A stretch of DNA of 64,000 nucleotides. Origin: Callorhinchus milii. Its lineage: Eukaryota. Made by a program: the position numbers and the translations under genes. The notes under the pieces were generated by a model. It was not told where the DNA came from, ran no database searches, and was given only the letters and a program-made list of their open reading frames with translations. Below are positions 42,416 through 54,172 of this stretch, one piece after another. Numbering within the stretch: position 1 is the stretch's first letter; each line of letters begins with the position of its first letter. Location of the stretch: assembly GCF_018977255.1 (NCBI RefSeq), contig NW_024704743.1:20524001-20588000 (forward strand), read 5' to 3'.

Positions 42416-43046
42416 AAGCCATGAAAGTAAGCAACTTAATTTAAATTTGTATGTTTTTATTTGGGATTTTTTTTGTTTATTTAGATTTGGTCTGTAAGAG
42501 AAAATTACGTTAGCACAAGTATGCTGTAATTTGTCTTTATGTAAATTTTACCAAATGGCTGACTCAAATTAATTCAGATAATACTGACAATTCAAGTCCT
42601 GTAGCTCAGTGGTTAGAGCACATGCTTTGCAAGCGAGAGAGCTGGGTTGATTCCTGGCAGGGCGAAACCTTGGGCAAGTTTCGTTAATCTATATGCCTAA
42701 TGATAATCCTTCCAAAAAAAAAAATCGGTCACTTCAATCCACGGCTGTTTGTGGGACACTGCTGTGCGTAATTGGCTGCCGCATTTCGCCCACATAATAT
42801 GCAGTCAATTTGCTTTACAGTCTATTCTGTGAAGCACTGTGAGATGTCTAGAAGACGTGAAAAGCCTTATATCAAATGCAAGGATTATTATTATTATTAT
42901 TATTATTAATACAATTAAACATTCATTCTCTGTGTGGACTTGCCAGAATGCCATTAATGGAAATAACAGACCAAATCTAAATAAACAAAAAAACATCCCA
43001 AATAAAAACATACAAATTTAAATTATGTTGCTTACTTTCATGGCTT
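42416..43046. repeat. Inverted repeat, arms 42416-42495 and 42966-43046
   Basis: Manual alignment: one substitution and one 1-nt indel over 81 nt. Confidence 0.95.
42594..42908 (+). mobile_element. Full-length tRNA-derived SINE, short subfamily
   Basis: Same head and tail as 29621-29951. Confidence 0.9.
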
Positions 43047-43291
43047 TTTATGGCATAAACATCAATAGTTGGGTCAAATTCGCCGGGTGCTAACGGCCTT
43101 GAGCTGTTCAGTATATTTCCAGGGCTGTCAGGAGGAGTTCCACAAGAACCAGTAGTGTGGGCTCCAGCTCCATCACTTTCTCCTTCTTCTTCATCATTTT
43201 CCTCAAATTCTATTTCTTCTTGTTCCGCTCTCTCAACGTCGTGAATACCCACCAGAAGACTGTAGTCCATGATCTTGAGCTGAGCAAGGAA
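43036..43291 (-). CDS. PIP4K2A: PIP4K2A coding exon (exon 8 equivalent), 256 nt, phase 0/1, includes the acidic kinase insert
   Basis: Translates [26 protein letters not shown]...[35 protein letters not shown](N); MDYSLL catalytic motif; acceptor ccatag, donor gtaagc. Confidence 0.97.
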
Positions 43292-46059
43292 CTATGGCAC
43301 AGTTAAAGAAAGTGTCAGAAAAGCCATTGAACATTGATTATAGAAGCAGGAACAAAATTTTAATGATGTACAAATCAACTTGAAGAGAACTTCATTGATA
43401 AATAAATAAAATAATAATTTGTTCATTCAATCCACGATTGTTTGTGGGACACTGCTGTGCTCAATTGGCTATCGTGTTTCACCCACAAAAATCTTCAGTC
43501 AGTTCACTTTACAGTATATTCTGTGAAGTGCTTTGAGACGTCAATGAAAAAGCGCTATATCAAATGCAAGGATTATTATTATTATTTTATGATAATATAC
43601 ACCATTAAGCCAAATGGTAGTGAATCAAAAACTTTATATGAATCCCTCAGGCTTTTTTAAAAAAAATTCAATTGTAAATGTTATAAAAGTGTAACCTTGG
43701 AATACATTTTAATTAATAAACAAGTTTCAGAAACAATGACATAACAATCACCTTTTGAATGGAGTTTTTTTTACAGAAAGTAACAGGTTTTGCTATTGCA
43801 AAAAAGAACGATTGATGGAATAAAGGGCATTAAGCAATACATTATTACACTGTTCAACAAGTTAATACCAAGAGGGTACACAATTTAAGATAATCCAAAA
43901 TGAATGAAATATTTACAATATTTTAATTACAGTAAAATCGTGTGAAGCACTTTGAAACGCCTCAACAATGTAATAAGGTACCATATCAAATGCAAGGATT
44001 ATTATTACTGAGTATTTGGAAAGTCAAATTCTCTATCAGGAAGCAGGGTAGAGAGATTCATTTAAAGTATTCTAGATTTTTTTAATCAACCAGGTGTGCT
44101 GACACATACACAAACTGATCATCAGTTTAAGAGTATTCAAACTAGACAGAGATCTATATATGCATGCCATCTACACTTGGAAACTTCCCCATGTCTGGAA
44201 AGAGTGCACTGTCTACTTGGAGGAATACACCCTCCTTACCTAATTCTGGAAAGTATAAGGTGCAGGTTGGTGAGGACCAATGTTGGGGCTTCATAATGTG
44301 TGACGGGGTACTACTGGTGTTCAAGCAGCTAAAATTTTACGGTTTGTTATTGAGAGCATGTTATGTTGGGTAAGCTTCTCGTGGTTTGCTTAGCTAAGAT
44401 CAGCCCATTTTTCAGACTTTGGTTTGCAAGGGAACACGAACTGAGAGGGAAGAATCCCTGGTCCCAGTTGAATGGACCTCCAAGTCCTCTCATTGAGCAA
44501 CACTGGATGGGTTTTCATCCTGAGTACTGCAGACCTGCCTGGCTCAGCAACCAGATAAAGTTGGTCATTCAATTCATAGCTACAAATTGGCTGCCGTGTT
44601 CACCTAAAAAACTCAGTCAGTACGATCTACAGTAAAATCGTGTGCAGTGCTTAGAGACATCTCAACAATGTAATAAGGCGCCATATCAAATGCAAGGATT
44701 ATCATTATTACTGAGATCGCTACAAAGTGTTGACTTGAATCTGATATTCGGTTGCCAAGGAATGCTGCCACCTTTCAGCCAGTCCCAAAGTGACCCGACT
44801 AACCTTCTCTCCCACCAATAGATTTTGAAGAGAATTATATAGATACTTGAAAACAAATGTTAAAGGGTATGACGAATATGCAGATTGAGGTTCAACTAAA
44901 AGCTCATGTGGAGAAAAACACCGATGCAGATTTAATGGTTGAATGACTCATTTCTGTGTTCAAATATTGGAGGATTCTGTGTTGATGAATTATTTTCCCA
45001 ACAGTGACAGTAACCATAACCATACTGGTTTGCTTTTGCCCTTCCTCCCTTCTTGAATAACAAGGAAGGTGCAGTGAGTCACCTATCAAGTGACAAATCT
45101 TTTTTGGTGATGTAAACAGTTAATTCATTCTCGGTCTTTCAAACAATGGTGATCAATGATTGTGATGCCAGGAGTCTCTAAGTTTTTTTTCCAAAAATCT
45201 CTAGTTGATCACTAGGAAAATATATTTCTTCTATATATTAAACACAACCAGAAGCCAAGATTTACATCTACACCCACTTCTACTTTAAGAATATATTTTG
45301 CACACACATATACTAAGAACTGACTTATTTTGAATTTGAATTGGGACTTTGAATAATTTCATTTATACAATAGCCACCTTAAAATGTATTCTCCATGCTA
45401 CACATTTAATATTTCTGCTGTTTGTCAAAATTCATGCAAAAAGTGCAAAATTGGTAGTCATATAGCAATATAACAAAATGCCACTTTTATTTGAAGAGTA
45501 TCATCCCATTTTTACCTGTCACCTAATCAACTTGCAGTTCCTATTGAATGATCATAGTGATTAAAATGCAGAAGATATCAGCTACATGCAGACAGCTGCT
45601 TTTCAGATACCTTATAAACCTTTCCATTTCACACAGATTATTATGGTAAACTTGCCTTTGAAAAAAGAGTGAAAAGGTCATCTAAGCGTATTACAATATT
45701 AAACAAAAGCACACAATCCTCAGTCTCAGACTGTAGGCTCACTCCTCTCCTCAATAAGAATGGTCATTTCATTAATATCTCTGTGAATGTTGTGAATCCA
45801 AGCCATGATGTTTAACGCATTTCATTAATATATAATTTTTAAAAATACTCTCGGCATAAAATATATTTAAAAAGCCAAACATTTTGGTCAAATACAGTTG
45901 AATATGAATTGAAACTTGTCTGAATGTCCTCAACTCCTCAAATATTCGGCTATTAAACCTAATTTCATTCACTTATGCAATATTTTGGTAGTAAGTGATA
46001 GTTACCAGACTATATTTTCGGTGGACAACATCAAAATGAAAAAATTATCTTGTCGAAAA

Positions 46060-46423
46060 AAATCCTTGCAATTGATATAGCATCTTATCACGTCTTCGAG
46101 ATGTCTCAAACTGTTCACAGAATATACTGTAAAATTAATTGGGTATATTTTATGAGTGAAACGCAGCAGCCAACTGCGCACAGCAAGTGACCCACAAACT
46201 GTCATGGATTGCGTGAGCAAAATTTTTTTCTTTTTTTTTGAAGGGATTATTACCCCAGAAAAGCGATCTGCCAATTGACTAACAACTGGGTTCCTACTTA
46301 CTGCAAGGTAACAGAGGCGTGTGGAGGAAGGAAACTTGCCAAACATTTTGCTCTGCCTGGGAATTGAAACCAGGTCCTCTCGCTTGTGAGGCAAGTGCTT
46401 TAACCACTAAGTTATAGGACTCC
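46060..46423 (-). mobile_element. Full-length tRNA-derived SINE, long subfamily
   Basis: Reverse complement of the 38636 type. Confidence 0.9.
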
Positions 46424-48134
46424 GATTAAAGCGGATTTAATGAGTAAAGTATTTAAACTACGTATAATTAAATATGTTCTGAAGAGACTAGAGGAAAAAC
46501 AAATTCCTCACAGTACCTTAAATTTAAGATTACAATTGTGTCTATGCTGGTTCCTTTAAGAACAACCCTTTCAGTCCCACTTCTCCATATCCCATAGTTG
46601 ACTCCCTTTAAGGTAAATTATCTCATTCCCTTTTGAAACCAATATGGATTATGCCTCAAACCTCCGCTCCTGCAGGGCATTCCATATCCTAACTACTGTG
46701 TCTGAAAAAAATTCTCCTAAGCTCCCCATTTGCTTGTTTACTAAACTAACTTGAGTTGATGCCCTATATCACTTATATCAACAGTGCATTAATGTTTGAT
46801 TATATGGATAGCTGCATATATGGAGAGTAAAATATCGAAGTAGCAGATATGAAATGCAAGCTGTCCATTCAAATAAATCCTCCCTTTACTTTCTGCCAAT
46901 CAAAGGTCTATTTATGATATTTGAAAATATTAAATTTGATATGTAATTGAAAAAATGTAATCTTTTAGTACTTGTGCAAATTCAATTGAGGAATATACAA
47001 GAAGCATTGATAAAATCTGATCCACGATTCCTTGTAGTGTATTAAATAATCTTGGTTGTACTTGCATATTCTTTTTAATATTTTGGGTCTTATAGGTACC
47101 AAATGCATTACTTCCAAAGATATGACTGACAACATTTCTTCATGTTATGGCCCAAAGCACCAATGTCTGACCTTCCTCATGACAGGGCCAATCATTCTGT
47201 CTCTATGTCAGCCTGCCCATTATGGTCTCAGTCTTCTCTTCTATCCTCTAGATGTGTACCTTAAATATTCCATAGACCTTCTATCCAGCTCCAACACACT
47301 ATCCCTTTTACCTTATGTTTTACTCTATGCGTTCCAAGATGTTATCATCAGCGTTCCAAGAAGTTATCCTGTGTGAAAGGTGCTATATAAAAGCTAGCTG
47401 TGGGTGTAAAGTGCTACTGGTTCTGGCTTATGTTAAAGGAGCTCCATGTAGAGAAGGCTGCGCTATCACCATGAGTGCCCCACTGAAGAAGACATCACTT
47501 TTGCTGGAATAACTCTGCTGTCAGAGTGCTCCCTGTCCTGAGTGCAAGGCTCTGCATGTCAACTCCAGCTTGTTCATGTTTCAGAACAAGATGCAAAGAG
47601 GCATGCACCGTCAAGCACATGATTTGGAATCAGGGTGGAATAGATTGCTTGCGTGTGCTGGGCAGTTGGAAATGTGTGAGGTGTAAACTGAAAGGGAATG
47701 TGTGAGAAATAAGCTGAAAGGGAATTGGATAGCTATTTGGTGAAGAAATCAATTGAATTACATTAGAAAGAGCCTTTTTTTAAAAAACAAAGTTAAAATG
47801 TTTTACATTTTGTAGTTCAGTACATTCCTACTTTTCTAAGTATGTACTAAACAGCTCTAAACTTTGTGCTCTAAGACTAACTAAATTCCCCTGAAATTGA
47901 TTTTGGTACAAGTACCAGAGAATCTCTCATGAATATAAGGGGTCAGCACAACAATGAAAGATCAGAGTTAGAGCACGTTAGAAGAAGACTGCAAAGGCTG
48001 AGCACCTCCTTAGTTGAGACGTCTCAAAGCGCAAAGGGAGAAAACACAAGTGAACAGTAAATTGTCCATACAAGAAGCTTGGCTACCTTCTAAAACAGCA
48101 GCTGCAAGGAATAAACTTCTTCCCTCCCTCTTAC

Positions 48135-48248
48135 CTCAACATCCTTCCTGAGCTTTTCTTGGAACATCTTTTTATTGTTTTCGTCGATGTAGATTTTTTG
48201 GCCGTTATTAATGAAATCATTATCCTTCAACGTTGGTAGCTCCTTGGC
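48135..48248 (-). CDS. PIP4K2A: PIP4K2A coding exon (exon 7 equivalent), 114 nt
   Basis: Translates [38 protein letters not shown] (ELPTLK and KIYID are 2A-type rather than 2B-type); acceptor acacag, donor gtaaga. Confidence 0.95.
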
Positions 48249-48879
48249 CTGTGTAACAAATGCACGGCATAATCAGCTAAATTTGCAGTTATGAAGAGCA
48301 TCTTCCTTTTTATTAAAACAGTGTTAATAAAAATATTTCATACACTGAGAAGAAGTGACATGAATGAACCAGAGGTGGCGCTAATGTGTTGCATCAAAAT
48401 CATTGCTGGTCTAATGCTGAAGGACACAGCATAAAAGGAATACATTTCAGTCATTCAGAAATACAAAAGTATTGAGAAGATAACTATTAGATTAACCCAC
48501 AGCAATATGTTAAATAGAGGTCCAAAACGGAAGAAAAAGTCTTGATTATATATGGCACAGCATAACTGAGCAAGACAAACTTTATAACTGGATTGCAACA
48601 ATAGACTTGGGCAGTGCTTTTCTATGTGTTCAAAAGAATTAGATTCACCATAATGTATATAAAGATAAGAAGCCACAAATCACACTGTTTTTCCAATCCT
48701 GTACATTGCCGTGTCCTTCATTTACAGCGTTCTAAGAATAGCTTAAAAATATTCTGTAAATCAATTTTGGCACAAGTGTCAGTGAATTTCGCATTAACTT
48801 AACGTTAGCTCACAAGGAATGGTCACTGTTCAAAAAAAATTAGGAAACTTGAGATGTTTAGACAAAGTAGGATCAAGAA

Positions 48880-49270
48880 AATGCAATATACTGAAACAAA
48901 AACAGAAGTGGCTGGGAACACTCAGCAGGTCAGGCAGCATCTATGGAGAAAGGAAAGTGAGTCAACTTTTCGGGTCCACGACCCTTCGTCAGAACTGGGG
49001 CATAGTGGGAGGGAGAGGCTTTTAAGGCCTAACAGAGAGGGGGGAGGCAGGGCAAGGAAGACAAAGGAGAAAATGGGGTAGAGGACAGGGGATGATGGAT
49101 TAAAGAGGTGTTAATGATGCAAAACAAGGGGGGGGGGGTGGAATTGCAACGAAGCAGGGGAATAGAGATGTTAATACTGCAAGACAAAGGGGGGGGGAGA
49201 GAAGATTGCAACAAAACAGGCAGACCAGAGAAGATCTAGATGCTGCTGACCTGCTGAGTGTTCCCAGCGA
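48880..49270. mobile_element. Penelope-like element terminal-repeat remnant with inverted ends
   Basis: acagaagtggctgggaacactcagcaggtcaggcagcatct type terminus seen in chondrichthyans; inverted arms at 48911-48943 and 49237-49268; internal hammerhead motif. Confidence 0.65.
48960..48997 (-). ncRNA. Minimal type I hammerhead ribozyme motif (Penelope type), with one core-adjacent mismatch
   Basis: Minus strand: CAGTT CTGACGA A GGGTC-GTG-GACCC GAAA A GTT GACT. Confidence 0.55.
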
Positions 49271-50641
49271 AAGTAGAGTCAAGGTTCAACTCAACCTGTT
49301 TTTTAAAAAAAAATCCATTCAAAGCATTAATTACTAAAAGGAAACTACAATAGTGTGAAAGAGTTGGAGGGCACATCCTATAGTGCAGTTTTGGTCTACA
49401 AACTATATTTTGGATATAAGGCCTTGCAATCATGGCCTACAGTATTTCAGAAAAATGAACAAGAATTTTATGGAATCAACCATTTGGTAAAAAAAGTGTT
49501 CTCTACAGAACTACTAGTCAATAACATTGGTCAAAAAGTCTACACACAGGAATACAAGCAAGTTCAACTGAAATTCACTTTTACATGCTGTATTGAATTT
49601 GCTGCTTCATTTCACTGGGTGGACGTTTATTGCTGGTGTAAGCGAATGCTTACTTTTAATTACAGTTCTGAAATGTAATACTTGCTGATTCAAGATAGTA
49701 TGCTTCAAGACTTCTTTGCACATTAACCTTCCTGGCATTTGCTGCTGTTGTTTTTATTTGAATACTTAACATCAGCACATTCTACACCTCAAAGTCTGAT
49801 TCTGCTTTCAATGCCAGGTTTTAATCTGGTTTTAAAAGTGTCGGGCTACCTATTTCTCAGATTTAGAATCTACAAATTGAAATAATCCCCGAATTTGCTT
49901 TTGAACTTCCTTATAGGTATTTCTTACTGAAAGCCTTGATAACACCCTTCGATTTAAAATCCAAAGGGATGGTAATCTTGCACCTAATTCTAGAGGTTTC
50001 TAATTTAGGTTAAAACATGTTTTGAAAATAGGTAAATGGCAAAAAAGTCACTGTGCTCTGATAAAACCTCAACAACTCAAACTCTAATATAGTGAAATAA
50101 ATAGAGTAGTTAAAATGAGGAATAGAGAAAACCAAAATAAAAGTATTTGCATATAAATATTTTTTAACAGAATAGACAAAGAGAACACCGTTCACAATAA
50201 TAATAATGCTTATTGCAGGAAATAACAACCCAAATAACTTATTGCCCTTCTTTTCTTAAACTCCTACTTAAAAATAATTACTAATCATTCCTGCATTTCT
50301 CTAGCCCATTTACAGAGTTTCTGTAATAGAGTTACTCAGGCATCACACAGTCACTTGGTGCATAAAAGCAAAGGGGAATGGAGCCTGCTTTGTTTTTCCA
50401 TTAAATCACTTGCTCGTTCTCCCCATTACCCTAAGGCTATGCTGTCCTGCTATTTGGCAATTTGTCTTAGTTGTCTGCAGTGAGTGAGGTGAAACGTAAG
50501 GCCCTCTTTTTTGTTACACCAGGCCCATGGAAACAAAATTTATGAATCCTTTCTGTGCGAATGAGAAACCTAAATCTTCAAATCTAAAAATATTCAGTGT
50601 AGGAATTTACTACATTTACTAATCCTCGAAAAAGTATAGAT

Positions 50642-51360
50642 ACAACAACATTACATTTATAGAGCGCCTTTCACGTCGGGAGGACGTCCCAAAGTGCTGA
50701 ACAGTCAGCTGTCGGGGCCCGAGCATGGGGGAGGGGTGGTTTAGGGGTGAGGAAAGCAGAGAGGTGGGAGGGCGACCAAAGGCACGGTTGAAGAGAAGGG
50801 TCTTGAGACCGGCCTTGAAGGAAGCAAGGGAGGGAGCGAGGCGAAGGGACCGTGGGATGGAGTTCCAGAGTGTGGGGGCAGAGAGGCTGAAAGCCCGGCC
50901 ACCGATGGCGGGTCGGGCAGGAGACATGGAGCAGGCCGGAGCCTGATGAACGGAGGGAGCGGGCAGGTTGGTAGGGAGTCAGCAGGTCAGAGAGGTAGGA
51001 GAGGGCAAGGCCATGGATGGCCTTAAAGGTGAAGACGAGGATCTTGAACTTGATCCTCTGGGGGATGGGGAGACAGTGGAGTCGGGCGAGGGTGGGAGTG
51101 ATGGGGTGCGCAAGAGTACACGAGCTGCAGAGTTTTGGATGATCTGTAGCTTGTGAAGGGAAGAGTTGGGAAGGGAGGAGGGAGTTCCCGTAATCGAGCC
51201 TTGATGTGACGAATGCGTGGGTGAGGGTTTCGGCAGCCTGAGGGGTGAGGGAATGGCGGAGTCTGGCAATGTTGCGGAGGCAGTGCCGGCCATGGCGCGG
51301 ATGTGGGGGACAAAAGACAGTTCGGGGTCAAAGAAGATACCCAGGTTCCTGACTGGCTTA
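50642..51360 (-). mobile_element. L2 LINE 3' fragment
   Basis: KLQIIQNSAAR and IGGRAFSLSAPTLWNSIP..SFKAGLKTLLF remnants; (CAA)n tail on plus. Confidence 0.9.
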
Positions 51361-52412
51361 GTGATGGTACAGAACTACAGTTTTTATTAGATTTAGTTTG
51401 TCAAAAGTAAACCAGGAATTGCAACTATCCCCAAATCTATTAGTTTTCAGTATGTTTATATGGGATATTGCAGAACGCAAATTTGCTGTCACATTTGGCC
51501 ACAAATATGTAGTCACTATACTTTTGAAAAAAACTCCAAAGTATTTGAGATGTGATAAGGAGTTATGTCAAATATAAGGGATTATTTATATCAACATGGA
51601 AGAGTTTAATCAGCTCATTGTAAAATTGCTAGCAAGTTACAAAACTGATATTAAGGTATACTTTCCACTGAAGTACAAATGAATCAATAATCGCACATGA
51701 CTGGCAGAGTATGAAGGACATGTGCTGTTTATTAATTTTTTTATACATTACAGGATATAATGCAATACATAAGGGAGAAATGACTAGAGTGGTGAAGTAA
51801 TTTCCTTAATTACATGATTCACTTTTCTCTCCAAATAACTACAGGAAATATTTCTCATTACTATGCCCTCCTGTCATGTAGTTTGGCCCCGTTGCTTCCT
51901 TCAGTTGAATGTCAACAAGACCAAAGCTCTCCTGTTTGGCTCCCATCAATACTTTCTCAACTCAGGTGTTGACTGCATTGATCTGACATTTACACATTCC
52001 ACCTCACAGAGACAGCGCACCTCTCAAGAGTCTTGTTTGCTCCCCCCACCCACCACCCCAACTGTGCTTCAAGCTCCACATCTGAGCCTGTCACTCACTC
52101 AGTTTACTCTCACTTATGCAACATTACCCCACCTCTGCTGCCTCACAGAGAGGGAGAGGGAGACAGAGAGAGAGAGACACACGTGGACACACACATACAC
52201 ACTCAGAAATAGTCAAAGTGGAAATGAGAGTCAGAGAGAGAGAGAGCCAGGCACAGGTAGTATAACTCCAATGTATTAAGTTGGCCAACTAATTTCTATT
52301 TTACAAGTGGGGCCAATTAGCTGACTTTTTGCCTATCTGCAAATGGGCCGGGACCAATTGGTGTGGCTATCAGTCCTGTGGGGTACGAATACAATTTGAA
52401 ACTCCATTTTAC

Positions 52413-52451
52413 CTTTTCTTTGTCACTAGCTTCTCTGGCCACTGTGGAACC
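52413..52451 (-). CDS. PIP4K2A: PIP4K2A coding exon (exon 6 equivalent), 39 nt
   Basis: Translates GSTVAREASDKEK; acceptor tttttcag, donor gtaaaa; not in the ORF track because it is short. Confidence 0.95.
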
Positions 52452-53084
52452 CTGAAAAACAAATGAATGTATTGTTACATTGCAACACACAGATTAAGCC
52501 CCTGAATGTTTTGGGAATAATAAAAGCATTTTTTGAAATCATGAACTTTATGCTCTGCAGCTATCATTTACTGAACATTAGTACTCAGCACATCTACACG
52601 GTACTTGACACATCACACCTGCCCTGAAATAGTCTTATTAAAGCCAGCTGCCTTGAGGGCAATCTGGTAGTGTGGCGTGATGAAGCATGAGGGGATGGAA
52701 TGTGGGTCTGCAGATGCACTCTCCAGACTGTAGCGTTCCCAATCTCAATCAACTGTAGGAAGATCACAAGCAGAGACCAGGCACTCCCTACAACTAGAGA
52801 TACGTTCATCGTCTGCCTGCTCTTGAACACCTGGTAGCCGCTTCAGAGTAGCACTAACCAAAGCATCGGAGCTGTTCCTCTGCCTACTCCTCTTGGCTTC
52901 AGTGGGTATGTGCTCTGGAGCAAAAGAATATGTGGTACACCTAGCAAATTAAATAACCACAACAAAAAAGCAGCTTATTCTTTATCTAGGGAAACCCTCC
53001 CTACCTATGTACTTACCCACTTTTCCTCCTGCTTGGTGCTCTCCATAAGTTTCATTTATCCTACTATATAAATCCTATTACAAC

Positions 53085-54172
53085 ACTTTGATACCATAGA
53101 TCACTCCATCCTCCTCCACAGCCTCTCCTCTCACCTCAACCTTCAAGGTTCTGTCCCTTGAATGGATTAGGTCTTATCTCTCACACTGTCTCCAATTTGT
53201 CTCCACCAATGGTTTCTCTTCCAGCCCCCGTACAATCTTATGCAGTGTTCCTCAAGGCTCTGTCCTCGGTCCCCTCCTCTTCAACCTCTACATGCTCCCC
53301 CTTGGTGACATCATCTGCAGACATGGGGTAAACTTCCACATGTACGCGGATGACACCCAACTCTATCTCCCTGCCTCCACCCTCGATTCCAGGACAACTG
53401 ATGTCCTGACAGACTGTCTGTCTGATATCAAGTCCTGGATGAGAGCCAACTTTCAATTAGCTGACTCAAACAGTTGAATGTCAGCAAAACTGAGCCCCTC
53501 CGCACCTCAGTAACCACGGTCGCACACTCCACCTCACCAAGCCAGTCAGGAACCTGGGCGTCTTGTTTGACCCTCAACTGTCCTTTCTCCCCCATATCCA
53601 GGAAACTCCCTCCTTGTTGGCCTCCCCAACTCTTCCCTCCACAAGCTGCAGATCATCCAGCTCTGCAGCTTGTGTCCTCTCCCACACCAGACTCCACAAC
53701 CCCATCACCCTCACCCTTGCTTGGCTCCACTGGCTCCCTATCCCTCAGAGGATAGAATTCAAAATCCTCATCCTGAAGGCCCCCATGGGCTTGCCCCTCC
53801 TACCTCTCTGACCTGCTGACCCCCTATCAACCTGTCCTCTCCGTCCATTCAGCAGGCTCCGGTCTGCTCCAGGTCTCTCGCCCGACCCACCCTACCATCA
53901 GCGACCGGGCTTTCAGCCTCTCTGACCCCACCCTTTGGAACTCCATCCCACAATCCCTTCGCCTTGTTCCCTCTCTTGTCTCCTTCAAGGCACGACTCAA
54001 GACCCTCCTTTTTGACTCTGCCTTCAACCGCCCTCCTACCCCCTCTGCCGTCCCTCATTCCAGCCCTACCCTCCCCCCACCACGCTCAGGTCCTGATCCC
54101 TGACTGTCCAGTGCCTTGGGACATCCTCCCGACGTGCAAGGCGCTTTAGAAATGTAATTTTGCTGTTGTTGT
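53085..54172 (+). mobile_element. Degenerate L2 LINE fragment (RT to 3' end)
   Basis: [21 protein letters not shown] and LHWLPIPQRIEFKI remnants; tail ...gcgctttagaaatgtaa..(TTG)n. Confidence 0.9.

Larger units (their letters stand above)
1840..44710. repeat. Many isolated SINE 3'-tail fragments (e.g. 1840-1950, 11720-11866, 17890-18003, 21850-21955, 23790-24008, 25770-25885, 26005-26122, 32299-32432, 37620-37770, 41587-41730, 43420-43585, 44560-44710)
   Basis: Shared motif cactttacagtatattctgtgaagcgctttgagacgtc...ggcgctatatcaaatgcaaggattattatt in both orientations. Confidence 0.85.

Noticed and set aside
42416..42440. Plus-strand donor AAA|GTAAGC as evidence for an antisense exon
   Set aside because: Explained by the inverted copy of the exon 8 junction; no upstream acceptor or ORF found
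48367..48384. CTCF-like ACCAGAGGTGGCGCTA near exon 7
   Set aside because: 3' half matches but the 5' core is one base short; too ambiguous to call
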